This document shows positions 36,255-48,736 of a stretch of DNA of 64,000 nucleotides, piece by piece. Below the pieces are notes generated by a model that had not been told where the DNA came from, made no database searches, and saw only the letters and a list, made by a program, of their open reading frames with translations. Source of the DNA: an uncultured Pelagibacteraceae bacterium (lineage in GTDB: Bacteria > Pseudomonadota > Alphaproteobacteria > Pelagibacterales > Pelagibacteraceae); the NCBI GenBank assembly GCA_902555185.1, contig CACDSA010000004.1, positions 93 to 64,092 of the forward strand, in the 5' to 3' direction. The first letter of the stretch is position 1. Every line of letters begins with the position of its first letter. The position numbers and the translations under genes were made by a program.

Positions 36255-37225
36255 TGGCTGTCTATACAAAGTTAAATCAAAAAAAGATTGAGGAAATTTT
36301 ATCTAATTATAGTTTAGGTAAGTTAGACTCGTTTAAAGGAATAGAAGAAGGTATTGAAAATACAAACTATTTTTTATCGGTTAATAAAAAAAAATTTATT
36401 TTAACTATTTACGAAAAAAGAGTTAAATCTGCTGATCTTCCTTTTTTTTCTGATCTAATGTCATCATTAAATCAAGCTAGCTTTAAATGCCCTGCACCTA
36501 TTTCTAATAATAATAATGAAACTATTACAAATTTTGGAGGGAAACAATTAATGATCGTGTCATTTCTTGAGGGAAAGGCAAAACAAAATTTATCTCCAGC
36601 CAATTGTAAATCAATTGGATATGAGATAGCTAAAATGCATGAACTCACAAAGAATTTAAAATTTAAACGACAAAATGACCTATCCGTGAATTCATGGAGA
36701 AAATTATTTAATTCAGTCAAAGATAAGTGTGAAAATATACATAAAGATCTGCCGAGATTGATTGAGGAAAATCTAAATGATGTAGAAAAAAGTTGGCCAA
36801 AAAATCTGCCAAGAGGAATAATCCATGCAGATTTATTTCACGACAATATTTTTTTTATTCAAGATAAATTTAGTGGTGTTATTGACTTTTATTTTTCCTG
36901 TGAAGATTTTTTTGCTTTTGAAATCGCTATTTGTTTTAACGCTTTGTGTTTTGATGGTCTAAAAAGTAATTTAAGTTTTAACGTTACTAAAGCAAAGAAT
37001 TTTATTGATGGATATACATCTGTAAGAAAATTGTCTCAAGAGGAATTAAATAATATTAAGGTTCTATCTCAAGGTGCTGCCTTAAGATTTTTACTAACTC
37101 GGGTATTTGATGCTTTAAATAAAGTAGAGGGAGCAATAGTTAAAATTAAAGATCCAATGGAGTATTTAAAAAGATTAGAATTTCATAAGAATGCAAAAAA
37201 TCATGAGGATTATTTCTTTCAATGA
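36254..37225 (+). CDS. thrB: Homoserine kinase type II
   Basis: MAVYT, GIENTNY, IIHADLFHDN, ALRFLLTR. Confidence 0.95.
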   Translation: MAVYTKLNQKKIEEILSNYSLGKLDSFKGIEEGIENTNYFLSVNKKKFILTIYEKRVKSADLPFFSDLMSSLNQASFKCPAPISNNNNETITNFGGKQLMIVSFLEGKAKQNLSPANCKSIGYEIAKMHELTKNLKFKRQNDLSVNSWRKLFNSVKDKCENIHKDLPRLIEENLNDVEKSWPKNLPRGIIHADLFHDNIFFIQDKFSGVIDFYFSCEDFFAFEIAICFNALCFDGLKSNLSFNVTKAKNFIDGYTSVRKLSQEELNNIKVLSQGAALRFLLTRVFDALNKVEGAIVKIKDPMEYLKRLEFHKNAKNHEDYFFQ

Positions 37226-37647
37226 AATTAAAGATTTATACTGATGGTGCTTGCTCAGGTAATCCCGGAAAAGGGGGTTGGGCTGCCATCATATTAGATG
37301 GTGATTTGAACCAATCAAGTATCTCAGGAAGTGAAAATAATACAACCAACAATAGGATGGAATTAATGGCTACAATAATGGCATTAAAGAAAATAAAAAA
37401 GAAATCAGAGATAATAATTTTTACTGATTCAAAATACGTGAAAGACGGAATTACAGATTGGATAAAAAAGTGGAGACTTAATAATTGGAAGAATTCAAAT
37501 AAAAAACCAGTTAAAAATAAAGATCTCTGGATTAAATTGGATAATGCTTGTCTAAAACATAAAATTACCTGGAAGTGGGTGAAGGCACACGCCGGTAACA
37601 AATATAATAATCTTGTTGATGAGTTAGCAGTCTTAGAGACTAAATAG
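37222..37647 (+). CDS. rnhA: Ribonuclease HI
   Basis: YTDGACSGNPG, TNNRMEL, VKNKDLW, WVKAHAG. Confidence 0.97.
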   Translation: MKLKIYTDGACSGNPGKGGWAAIILDGDLNQSSISGSENNTTNNRMELMATIMALKKIKKKSEIIIFTDSKYVKDGITDWIKKWRLNNWKNSNKKPVKNKDLWIKLDNACLKHKITWKWVKAHAGNKYNNLVDELAVLETK

Positions 37648-38125
37648 ATTTTAAAAAATTCTCAGCAGCAGATAATTCACAAGTAGCTGTTTCTTCCTCT
37701 TCCTCTACTTTTTTAACTTCACCATTCTCTACCAACATAGTATAGCGATTAGATCTAATTCCTAATCCTTTTTCAGACTTATCTATCTCTGCTCCAATGG
37801 CTTTTGTAAATTTAAGAAAGGGATCACCAGCCATGAAAATTTTACTTCCAGTATTTTGATTTTCACCCCAGGCCTTCATTACATGAGGATCATTTACTGC
37901 AACACATACAATTTTAGAAATTCCTTTTTTATTAGCTATTTCGTAATTCTTTATATACCCAGGAAGATGAAGGGCTGAGCAAGTTTTTGTAAAAGCACCA
38001 GGCATACCTAAAATAATAGTCTTGCCTTTACAAAGATCCGATATATTAATTTTTTTTACATCATTATTTTGATCAAGATAAAATAGTTCCGAGTTAGGTA
38101 GTTTGTCTCCTTTTTTTATCCTCAT
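37640..38125 (-). CDS. Peroxiredoxin (Prx5 family)
   Basis: PGAFTKTCSALHLPG, VNDPHVM. Confidence 0.93.
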   Translation of the reverse strand: MRIKKGDKLPNSELFYLDQNNDVKKINISDLCKGKTIILGMPGAFTKTCSALHLPGYIKNYEIANKKGISKIVCVAVNDPHVMKAWGENQNTGSKIFMAGDPFLKFTKAIGAEIDKSEKGLGIRSNRYTMLVENGEVKKVEEEEETATCELSAAENFLKSI

Positions 38126-39498
38126 TGTATTTTGCCCAAAATATAATTTTTTATTTCTGAATTTGAATTCTCAATAATATCAAAATTTTCCTTTTTATCT
38201 ATATTCAATCTTAAATGCTTGGGTGGGTCTAAATTTTTTCCTATAGCTTTTTTTATTGTATCACTAAATTTGTAAGGATGAGCTGTACCAAGAACAACTA
38301 TATCTCCTAAATTTTTAAAACTTTTTGCTGCTCCTACTCCAGTAGCAGTATGAGGGTCAATTATAAATTTGTGATCCTTGTATATTTCATCAATGATGCC
38401 GATTGTCTCTTCATCTGCAACTTTCACTGCTTCAAAATCTTTTTTTATTTTATCAATTTCTTTTTTTTCTAAATTAAATAAACTTTTTGATGACAGATCA
38501 TTCATTAGTGACCCTACCTTAATATCACTTTCATCTAATATATAATAAAGTAGCCTCTCAAAATTACTAGCAACTTGTATATCCATACTTGGTGTGATGG
38601 TTGCTTTCACTGTGTCAGGTTTATATTCACCTGTATTAATAACTCTTTGTAAAATATCATTTTTATTTGTAGCAACTATAAGTTTATTTATTGGTAAACC
38701 CATTTTTTTTGCTACGTATCCAGCATATATATCTCCAAAATTTCCAGTCGGCACAGAAAAGCTAATCTTGTTTTTTTTCAATTTAAAGAAAGAGTAAAAA
38801 TAATAAACAATCTGACAAACAATCCTTGCCCAATTGATAGAATTTACACCTGACATATTTATTTTTGCCCTAAAACTATCTTCATTAAAAAGCTCTTTTA
38901 CAATTCTTTGACAATCATCAAATGATCCTTCTATAGCAATATTATAAATATTCGATCCACCAATTGTTGTCATAATTTTTCTTTGAATATTTGAAATCTT
39001 ATTATGCGGATGTAGTACAAAAAGATTTATATTTTTTCTATTGCTTAATGCAGCTATAGCCGCTGAACCGGTGTCTCCTGATGTAGCTACTACGACATTT
39101 ACAGTTTTATCTTTAGCGACTTCTAAATGTTCATACATATTGCCAATTACCTGCATTGCAATATCTTTAAAAGCTAAAGTGGGCCCATGATAAAGTTCAA
39201 GAAGATTTATGTTACCAATTTTTTTTATATTTACGACTTCTTTATCTTTAAAACTACTATAAGATTTTTGTATCAGTGAGCTAAGTTCTTCTTTGTTAAT
39301 TTCACCTGAACAGAAATTAAAGATAATTTCTGTAGCAAGTTCATTATAATTTAGTTGACTTAAATTATTAAGTTGTTCTTGACTATACTTCTTTATTTCA
39401 GCAGGCAAAAATAATCCTCCGCCTGGTGCAAGTCCTCTTAAGAAAATATCTTTAAAACTAAATTCTAAAGATTTATCCCTAGTGCTAAAATAATTCAT
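38122..39498 (-). CDS. thrC: Threonine synthase
   Basis: HGPTLAFKD, ATSGDTG, NSINWAR, PTGNFG. Confidence 0.97.
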   Translation of the reverse strand: MNYFSTRDKSLEFSFKDIFLRGLAPGGGLFLPAEIKKYSQEQLNNLSQLNYNELATEIIFNFCSGEINKEELSSLIQKSYSSFKDKEVVNIKKIGNINLLELYHGPTLAFKDIAMQVIGNMYEHLEVAKDKTVNVVVATSGDTGSAAIAALSNRKNINLFVLHPHNKISNIQRKIMTTIGGSNIYNIAIEGSFDDCQRIVKELFNEDSFRAKINMSGVNSINWARIVCQIVYYFYSFFKLKKNKISFSVPTGNFGDIYAGYVAKKMGLPINKLIVATNKNDILQRVINTGEYKPDTVKATITPSMDIQVASNFERLLYYILDESDIKVGSLMNDLSSKSLFNLEKKEIDKIKKDFEAVKVADEETIGIIDEIYKDHKFIIDPHTATGVGAAKSFKNLGDIVVLGTAHPYKFSDTIKKAIGKNLDPPKHLRLNIDKKENFDIIENSNSEIKNYILGKIQ

Positions 39499-40157
39499 TT
39501 TTTTCTTCTAAAATATAAGTAATAAAAAATTATCGAAATTGATATTGCATACCATGTTATAGCATATTTAAGGTGATTGTTTGGCACATCTATACTTATC
39601 TTTTTGGGTATTGGTGACTTAGCCTGATTATCTTCTAAAAAAATTACGAATTCATTAAATTGCTCCCCTGTAGCTTCTTTTAAATCTTCTGAATTTAAAG
39701 AAAACCAAATATTATTTTTAATGTCATTGTCTGGTTTAAATATACTTGGTTTGTATATTTCTCTTAATAGGCCAATTATCTCTTTATCAGTTTCTACTTG
39801 AAAGTTTATGTTTGGATTATCTTTAAGTTCTTTTTTAATCCAACCTCTATTAATTAATACATTTTGGTTTTTATCTGTTCTAAAAGGGGTAACTACATCG
39901 TATCCAGGCTTTCCGCTTTCATTCAAACTGTAGAGGTAAATTTGCTTATTGAAATTAAATTTTCCTTTAGCGCTTACTCTCTGATAATTTTTCTTAATTG
40001 AGTTAGAGTATTCTATTGGTTTAGAGTCTAATCCGAAAGTTATTTCACTTATAAGTTCTAACTTCCATTGCAATCTATAAAGTTGCCAAGTTCCTAAAGC
40101 ACAAAATACTGTTACAAAAAAAATTACAAATAGTTGAAATAAAAATGCTCTTTTCAA
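39495..40157 (-). CDS. SURF1-family cytochrome oxidase assembly protein
   Basis: LGTWQLYRLQWK, INRGW, NNHLKYAITWY; TTG start at 40157 avoids overlap with coxC. Confidence 0.92.
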   Translation of the reverse strand: MKRAFLFQLFVIFFVTVFCALGTWQLYRLQWKLELISEITFGLDSKPIEYSNSIKKNYQRVSAKGKFNFNKQIYLYSLNESGKPGYDVVTPFRTDKNQNVLINRGWIKKELKDNPNINFQVETDKEIIGLLREIYKPSIFKPDNDIKNNIWFSLNSEDLKEATGEQFNEFVIFLEDNQAKSPIPKKISIDVPNNHLKYAITWYAISISIIFYYLYFRRKK

Positions 40158-40164
40158 TTTGAGA

Positions 40165-40956
40165 TTAGCTTCCCCAAATATAGATCGCAGCAAATAAAAA
40201 TAACCATACCACATCGACAAAATGCCAGTACCAAGCTGCAGCTTCAAATCCAAAATGGTGTTGAGGCGTCGAGTGGCCTCTCATTGATCGAAACAAACAA
40301 ACTGCTAGAAAAACAGTTCCTACAATTACATGAAAGCCATGAAAACCAGTCGACATATAAAATGTGGAACCATAAATTCCACCATCTAAAGTAAATGTTG
40401 CGTGATGATACTCATAAGCTTGAAAACAAGAAAAAATAAATCCTAAAAATACTGTTGCGATCAAACCATTTACTAATCCTTTTCTGTCATTTTCTAACAT
40501 AGCATGATGAGCCCAGGTGACAGTAGTTCCTGATAACAATAAAATCAGAGTGTTAATTAGTGGTATATCCCAAGGATCAAAAGTTTTTATATCTGCAGGT
40601 GGCCATATACCGCCAATTGAATCTGGTGGAAATAAACTTGCATTAAAAAAAGCCCAAAACCATGCTACAAAAAACATAACTTCAGACGCGATAAATAGTG
40701 TCATACCGTACCTATGTCCAATTTGAACTACAGGAGTATGATGGCCCTGATGCTCTGCTTCTTCTATAACATCTCTCCACCACATAAATGCGCCGTAAAC
40801 TACTAAAGCGAAGCCAATTAATAATAACCAAAGAGCTTTAGAATGAAAGTAATAAACTGCTCCAAAAGCTAAGACTAAAGTGGCGAATGAAACATAGATT
40901 GGCCAAGGACTTGGGTCAACTAAATGATAATCATGTTTTGGTTTTCCTGTAGACAT
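40165..40956 (-). CDS. coxC: Cytochrome c oxidase subunit III
   Basis: [30 protein letters not shown]. Confidence 0.97.
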   Translation of the reverse strand: MSTGKPKHDYHLVDPSPWPIYVSFATLVLAFGAVYYFHSKALWLLLIGFALVVYGAFMWWRDVIEEAEHQGHHTPVVQIGHRYGMTLFIASEVMFFVAWFWAFFNASLFPPDSIGGIWPPADIKTFDPWDIPLINTLILLLSGTTVTWAHHAMLENDRKGLVNGLIATVFLGFIFSCFQAYEYHHATFTLDGGIYGSTFYMSTGFHGFHVIVGTVFLAVCLFRSMRGHSTPQHHFGFEAAAWYWHFVDVVWLFLFAAIYIWGS

Positions 40957-41507
40957 TATGTATTACTCTTTTCATAATAGCCTGATGAAAAAAAGGTAAA
41001 AGACAAAGTTACATCAGACATATTTTTAGTTTTATTATCATCAACTACTTTAGGATCCAAGAAAAATGTTAAAACAAACTCTTTTTTTTCACCTGGCTTT
41101 AAAGTTTGTTTTTCAAAACAAAAACAACCTATCTTATTTAAATAAATGCCAAATTGTGATGGAGACACATTAAATGTTGCTGATCCCGAAGAAATTTGGC
41201 TACTAGGATTTTCAACATTAAATTTCACTGTGTGAACTTCACCTGGTTTTAAGTCTAAAGTATTTATTTCAGGATAAAATTTCCAATCCAGAGTGCTATT
41301 AATGTTTGTATCAAATCTCATTTTATAATCTTGATTTACAATAATTTTTGGAATTTCTTTGTTGGAGGCATTTTGTGTAGTACCACCAAAACCTGTTACT
41401 CTGCAAAAAAAATCATATAATGGAACAGCTGCAAAAGATAATCCCAGCATAAATAAAAATATTGATACCAAAGCAATAGGTGTTAGGTTTTTTTTGCTTA
41501 TATTCAT
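40956..41507 (-). CDS. ctaG: Cytochrome c oxidase assembly protein CtaG/Cox11
   Basis: [20 protein letters not shown]. Confidence 0.96.
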   Translation of the reverse strand: MNISKKNLTPIALVSIFLFMLGLSFAAVPLYDFFCRVTGFGGTTQNASNKEIPKIIVNQDYKMRFDTNINSTLDWKFYPEINTLDLKPGEVHTVKFNVENPSSQISSGSATFNVSPSQFGIYLNKIGCFCFEKQTLKPGEKKEFVLTFFLDPKVVDDNKTKNMSDVTLSFTFFSSGYYEKSNT

Positions 41508-41620
41508 TATATTTCTCTGTTGTAAATTCCAATATTGTAAAAAGTAAGCACAAATAAAAAAATCATAAATAAGATTAGTATCAAAGCGGTAATCAAATTT
41601 TTTTTCTTTTTGTCCATCAT
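41507..41620 (-). CDS. Small single-TM protein (37 aa, CoxF-like), not in the ORF track
   Basis: MMDKKKKNLITALILILFMIFLFVLTFYNIGIYNREI; fills the ctaB-ctaG gap exactly and its stop overlaps the ctaG start (TAATG). Confidence 0.75.
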   Translation of the reverse strand: MMDKKKKNLITALILILFMIFLFVLTFYNIGIYNREI

Positions 41621-41621
41621 G

Positions 41622-42536
41622 TTATTTTAAAATATTATCAATTAATAAAATTAAAAAAATAAAAAATAAGTAGAAAATTGAGTAAATAAATATTTTTCTT
41701 GCAATTTTGTTTGAAACTTTTGCTATTTTAGAGCTATATAGTTCAAAACATAGGTATATATAGTATACAGTCATTATTGAAGATACGATCAAATAAAACA
41801 AGCTGGCAAAATGAAAAAAATATGGGGCTATAACCGCTGGTAACATAATCAAGGCGTAGACAAGAATATTTATCTTAGTTGTCTTAGCTCCAGAAATTAT
41901 AGGAAGCATTGGAATTTTTGCTCTTTTATAATCGCCTGATTTATATAAACTTAATGCCCAAAAATGCGATGGTGTCCATAAGAAGATAATTAAAAATAAT
42001 ATTATTGGTTCTAGAGAAATGTTTCCAGTTGCTATTGTCCATCCAATAACAGGTGGTAATGCTCCAGATGCACCGCCTATAACAATATTTTGTGGAGTTT
42101 TCCTTTTTAACCAAATTGTATAAACGAAAAAATAAAAAGCAATTGTTGATGCCAATAAAATTGCAGAAATTAAATTAGCTGAAAAATAAATGATACTTAC
42201 TGACAAAGCTGATAAAATAATGCCGAAGTACAAAGCTTGATTTTTTTTAACTTTTCCGGTTGGGATAGGTCTTAAGCAAGTTCTGCTCATTAAGGCATCT
42301 AAATCAGATTCATACCACATGTTAAGTGTCCCAGCCGCGCCTGAACCTATGGCAACAGCTAATAGAGAAATACAAGCAGAAGTAAAGTTTACATTAATTG
42401 GAGCTATTAAAAGACCAACCATACAAGTAAATAAAACTAATGACATTACTCTTGGTTTCATTAAATTGAAAAATGAATTTAGGTCTAAGAATAAACCAAG
42501 TTTAGAATTTCTAGTTTTAATACTTATCTGGCTCAA
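41622..42536 (-). CDS. ctaB: Protoheme IX farnesyltransferase
   Basis: KPRVMSL, DALMSRTCLRP, KRKTPQNIVIGG, WTPSHFWAL. Confidence 0.96.
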   Translation of the reverse strand: MSQISIKTRNSKLGLFLDLNSFFNLMKPRVMSLVLFTCMVGLLIAPINVNFTSACISLLAVAIGSGAAGTLNMWYESDLDALMSRTCLRPIPTGKVKKNQALYFGIILSALSVSIIYFSANLISAILLASTIAFYFFVYTIWLKRKTPQNIVIGGASGALPPVIGWTIATGNISLEPIILFLIIFLWTPSHFWALSLYKSGDYKRAKIPMLPIISGAKTTKINILVYALIMLPAVIAPYFFHFASLFYLIVSSIMTVYYIYLCFELYSSKIAKVSNKIARKIFIYSIFYLFFIFLILLIDNILK

Positions 42537-42537
42537 T

Positions 42538-44966
<2,429 letters not shown>

Positions 44967-45017
44967 GAGTTTTTATACAGTTTTTAGATTATTTAACAAT
45001 TTCAATTAATGCGACAA

Positions 45018-45728
45018 TTAATTAAAGTTATTGATAAAATTTACTAATGAAATCGCGCTTATTACAGCAGTGTCGGACCTTAGAATGTTTCTAGATAGCG
45101 TAAAAGGTTTTACTGCGCTATTTTGAAGGATAGACTCACGTTCTAATGGGGAAAAATCGCCCTCTGGGCCAATTAATATACAGAGGGATTTAAAGTTTTT
45201 TAGATCATCGATTTTCAAATTATCTTTTGAATTAACATCAGCAAATAAAAGTTTTGAAGTTTTATCAAAAGTTTTTAAAAAATCTTTTAATTTAATTACT
45301 TTTGTAATTTCTGGGGGGACAAGTTGATTAGATTGCTCAGTTGCCTCGATCACAATTTTTTTTGCTCTATCAATATTCAATTCTTTTACTTCTGTTCTCT
45401 CCGAAACTATTGGAATTATTTTCTTAACGCCAAGCTCTGTAGCTTTTTGTAAAATAGTATCCATTGGATTTTTTTTAATTAAACAAATTGCTATTTCAGT
45501 TTTAGAAAGATTTTTTGTTTTTTTTATTTTTTCTAAGAATCTAACTTCAACTCTATCTTTATTTAAAAAGATTATTTCACTTTTCCATTCCCCATTTTTA
45601 TTAAAAAAATTTAAGTTAGAACCTCTTTTAAGTCGCATGACGTTTACAATATAATGAGTATGCTCTTTACTAAGCAGACTCGTATTATTTTCTAGTATAC
45701 TGTCTGGATGATATAATCTAATATTCAT
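45018..45728 (-). CDS. rsmE: 16S rRNA m3U1498 methyltransferase
   Basis: HYIVNVMR, QKATELGV, EATEQS, IGPEGDFS, ILRSDTA. Confidence 0.95.
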   Translation of the reverse strand: MNIRLYHPDSILENNTSLLSKEHTHYIVNVMRLKRGSNLNFFNKNGEWKSEIIFLNKDRVEVRFLEKIKKTKNLSKTEIAICLIKKNPMDTILQKATELGVKKIIPIVSERTEVKELNIDRAKKIVIEATEQSNQLVPPEITKVIKLKDFLKTFDKTSKLLFADVNSKDNLKIDDLKNFKSLCILIGPEGDFSPLERESILQNSAVKPFTLSRNILRSDTAVISAISLVNFINNFN

Positions 45729-45773
45729 TATTAACTATAATATTAAAAAATTTTGGAGATATAAAGGAGCTTA

Positions 45774-46013
45774 ATGAAAAAAAGTAAAAGAGCTGGAGAT
45801 TCCCCGATCGGAATTGATGTGTTAGAAGGAAAATCTTATTATTGGTGCACTTGTGGAATTAGTTCTAAGCAACCTTTTTGTGATGGTTCACACAAAGGAA
45901 CTGAATTTATGCCTTTAAAATATTTGGCTGAGCAATCTAGAAAAGTTTTTTTTTGCTCATGTAAACAAACAAACGATCAACCATTGTGCGATGGTTCACA
46001 TAACATTAAATAA
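45774..46013 (+). CDS. Tandem CDGSH iron-sulfur domain protein
   Basis: Two motifs: WCTCG..KQPFCDGSH and FCSCK..QPLCDGSH; AAGGAG SD. Confidence 0.93.
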   Translation: MKKSKRAGDSPIGIDVLEGKSYYWCTCGISSKQPFCDGSHKGTEFMPLKYLAEQSRKVFFCSCKQTNDQPLCDGSHNIK

Positions 46014-46676
46014 ATGACGAAAACAAAGGCAGTGGTGTTTGATGCTTACGGTACATTATTCGATGTAAATTCAGCTGCTGAAAAATGTAAAGATAAAATT
46101 GGAACTAAGTGGGAAACATTTGCAAATTTTTGGAGAACTACTCAACTTGAATATACTTGGCTTAGAAGTTTAATGAAAAGACATAAAAATTTTTGGGAAA
46201 TTACTGAAGATAGTTTAGAAAAATCTATGAGAGTGTTCAATATTAATAAAAGTATGAAAAATGAGTTATTAAATCTTTACAAAATTTTATCCCCGTATCC
46301 CGAAGTTAGAGGGGTATTAGAAGATTTAAAAAAGAAAAACTTTAAACTTGCTATACTTTCTAACGGAACCCCTGATCTTCTAGATGAATTAGTTGCAAGT
46401 AATAAATTAAATAATTTATTTGATAATCTTTTTTCCATAGAGGAAGTGAAAGTTTATAAACCCGATTCAAGAGTTTATGAAATACCGGTAAAAAAATATA
46501 ACGTAAAAGCTAATGAAATCACTTTTTTAAGTGCAAATACCTGGGATGTTTCCGGAGGTGGAAACTATGGTTATAATTCTGTTTGGGTTAATAGAAATAA
46601 ATTAGAGTTTGATAATCTTGATTATAAGCCAAAAAATGAGATAAACAATTTAACGCAGCTACTTGATATAGTTTAA
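46014..46676 (+). CDS. Haloacid dehalogenase type II
   Basis: FDAYGTLFDV, WRTTQLEY, LSNG, YKP, SANTWD. Confidence 0.93.
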   Translation: MTKTKAVVFDAYGTLFDVNSAAEKCKDKIGTKWETFANFWRTTQLEYTWLRSLMKRHKNFWEITEDSLEKSMRVFNINKSMKNELLNLYKILSPYPEVRGVLEDLKKKNFKLAILSNGTPDLLDELVASNKLNNLFDNLFSIEEVKVYKPDSRVYEIPVKKYNVKANEITFLSANTWDVSGGGNYGYNSVWVNRNKLEFDNLDYKPKNEINNLTQLLDIV

Positions 46677-46696
46677 ACATTTAATATATTTATTTT

Positions 46697-47539
46697 ATGT
46701 CTCAAATTGAAGTTAAAAAAATTATTAAAGCTTTAAATGCCTCAGATGGTGCAGGAGTAAAACTGAAAAGAAGTATAGGAACTCCGGAGGCAGATTATAT
46801 TGATCCTTTCTTAATGCTTGATGAATTTGGATCTGAAAATAAAGATGATTATGTAGCAGGATTTCCTCCGCACCCTCACAGAGGGATTGAAACAGTTACC
46901 TATATGTTAAATGGAGAGTTCGAGCATAAAGATAGCACTGGCGCTAAAGGGATTATGGCTTCAGGTGATGTTCAATGGATGAAAACTGGTAGAGGAATAA
47001 TTCATTCCGAAATGCCTGCCATGAAAGAAGGAAAATTATTAGGTTTTCAACTTTGGATTAATATGCCAGCAAAATTAAAAAAGAATAAACCTGAGTATCT
47101 TTATATCAAAAGTAATCAACTTGGGACTCATACGGATAGTGAAAAAACAGTTAAAGTCATAGCTGGAAAATATGAAAATGCTGAAGGTCCGGAAAAAAAT
47201 CATAATGTTGAACCTATTTACTTTCATATTGTATTAAATGAGGGAAAAGAATTTGTTTACGATATTCCTAAGGGACATAACTCATTTATATACTTGTTAA
47301 AAGGTGAATTAAAAATTGGTAAAAAAAATCATAATAAAACTGCTGACTCAAACTTAGTTTTACTAGAGCGAGGCAACAAACTAAATGTTAAAGCTAATAA
47401 AAAGACTGAATTTTTATTCATTGCTGGAAAGCCTATTGGTGAACCCATTGCTAGAGGCGGGCCTTTTGTGATGAACACAAAAGCTGAAATTCTTGAAGCT
47501 ATTCAAGATTATAATAATGGAACATTTGCTAAATATTAA
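46697..47539 (+). CDS. Pirin family protein
   Basis: DPFLMLD, HPHRGIETVTY, GIIHSE, GPFVMNT. Confidence 0.95.
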   Translation: MSQIEVKKIIKALNASDGAGVKLKRSIGTPEADYIDPFLMLDEFGSENKDDYVAGFPPHPHRGIETVTYMLNGEFEHKDSTGAKGIMASGDVQWMKTGRGIIHSEMPAMKEGKLLGFQLWINMPAKLKKNKPEYLYIKSNQLGTHTDSEKTVKVIAGKYENAEGPEKNHNVEPIYFHIVLNEGKEFVYDIPKGHNSFIYLLKGELKIGKKNHNKTADSNLVLLERGNKLNVKANKKTEFLFIAGKPIGEPIARGGPFVMNTKAEILEAIQDYNNGTFAKY

Positions 47540-47564
47540 AAGTTAAAGTACGTTCCAATTTAAA

Positions 47565-48539
47565 ATGCCAAAATCAATAATTATTAATAAAAATGGTGGT
47601 CCCGAAGTTTTGGAAATTCAAGATGTAGAGGTTGGATCTCCAGGACCAGATGAAATTAAGGTAACAAATCATGCGATTGGTCTAAACTATATCGATACTT
47701 ATCATAGATCGGGATTGTATCCGATTAAGTTACCAAGCGGTATTGGTCTTGAGGCTGCAGGAAAAATAGATGAAGTTGGTTCAAACGTCACTGATTTCAA
47801 CAAAGGTGATAATATAGCATATGCTTCTGTGCCACTAGGAGCTTATTCGCAACAAAGAAATATTCCATCAAAAATAGCTGTAAAAATTCCTGATGGTATT
47901 TCATACGAACTAGCTGCAACTTTGATGACAAAAGGTTTAACTACAAATTATTTACTAACAAAAACCTATAAGCTAAAGGCTGGTGAGATTGTACTATTTC
48001 ATGCAGCTGCTGGTGGTGTAGGACAAATTTTTGCGCAATGGGCAAATAGTATTGGTGCTAAAGTAATTGGTACAGTAGGTTCAGATGAAAAAATAAGAAT
48101 TGCAGAAGAAAATGGTTATTCGAATGTTATTAATTATTCTAAGCATGATTTTTCAAAAGAAGTTATGAAAATTACTAAAAATGAGGGTGTTAGTGCAGTG
48201 TTTGATGGAGTGGGAAAAAATACATTTCATAAATCTTTAGCATGTCTCAAAGTAAGGGGGATGATGGTAAGTTTTGGTAATGCCTCTGGACCATTAGATC
48301 CTGTAAATGTCCCGAAAGATATTCAGCCGAAGGGTCTTTATCTTACTAGACCTTCAATAGCACAGTACTTTACAAATAGAAAAGAACTTCAAGCAGGAGC
48401 GGACTCAATTTTTGAAAAAGTAAAATTTGGTAAAATCAAAATTAGAATTTCAAAAAAATATAAACTCTCTGATGCTAATCAAGCCCACACTGATTTGGAA
48501 TCAAGAAAATTACTTGGTCCTGCTGTTATTATTCCATAA
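47565..48539 (+). CDS. qor: NADPH:quinone oxidoreductase
   Basis: GGPEVL, GLNYID, HAAAGGVG, FGNASG, TRPS. Confidence 0.93.
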   Translation: MPKSIIINKNGGPEVLEIQDVEVGSPGPDEIKVTNHAIGLNYIDTYHRSGLYPIKLPSGIGLEAAGKIDEVGSNVTDFNKGDNIAYASVPLGAYSQQRNIPSKIAVKIPDGISYELAATLMTKGLTTNYLLTKTYKLKAGEIVLFHAAAGGVGQIFAQWANSIGAKVIGTVGSDEKIRIAEENGYSNVINYSKHDFSKEVMKITKNEGVSAVFDGVGKNTFHKSLACLKVRGMMVSFGNASGPLDPVNVPKDIQPKGLYLTRPSIAQYFTNRKELQAGADSIFEKVKFGKIKIRISKKYKLSDANQAHTDLESRKLLGPAVIIP

Positions 48540-48736
48540 TGAATGAAAAGGTAGTTTCACCATGTATCAGTATTTGTAAAACTGACCCTGTTACAGGATT
48601 TTGCTATGGTTGTGCTAGAACAAATGAAGAAAAAAAAATATGGAAGAATGAAAAAACAACTAATGATTGGAAAAATAAAAATTTAAAAGTAATATTTGGA
48701 AGAATGAAAGGTTGGCAGCTTGAAAAAGAAGATTAA
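48539..48736 (+). CDS. DUF1289-family protein (3' end possibly truncated)
   Basis: SPCISIC...CYGCART.EE..W. Confidence 0.8.
   Translation: MNEKVVSPCISICKTDPVTGFCYGCARTNEEKKIWKNEKTTNDWKNKNLKVIFGRMKGWQLEKED

Noticed and set aside
40158-40253. Long N-terminal extensions in the ORF track for SURF1 (also rpsB 61838-61933, lpxA, lpxB, mutY)
   Set aside because: They overlap upstream genes or leader RNA; downstream starts match family N-termini.
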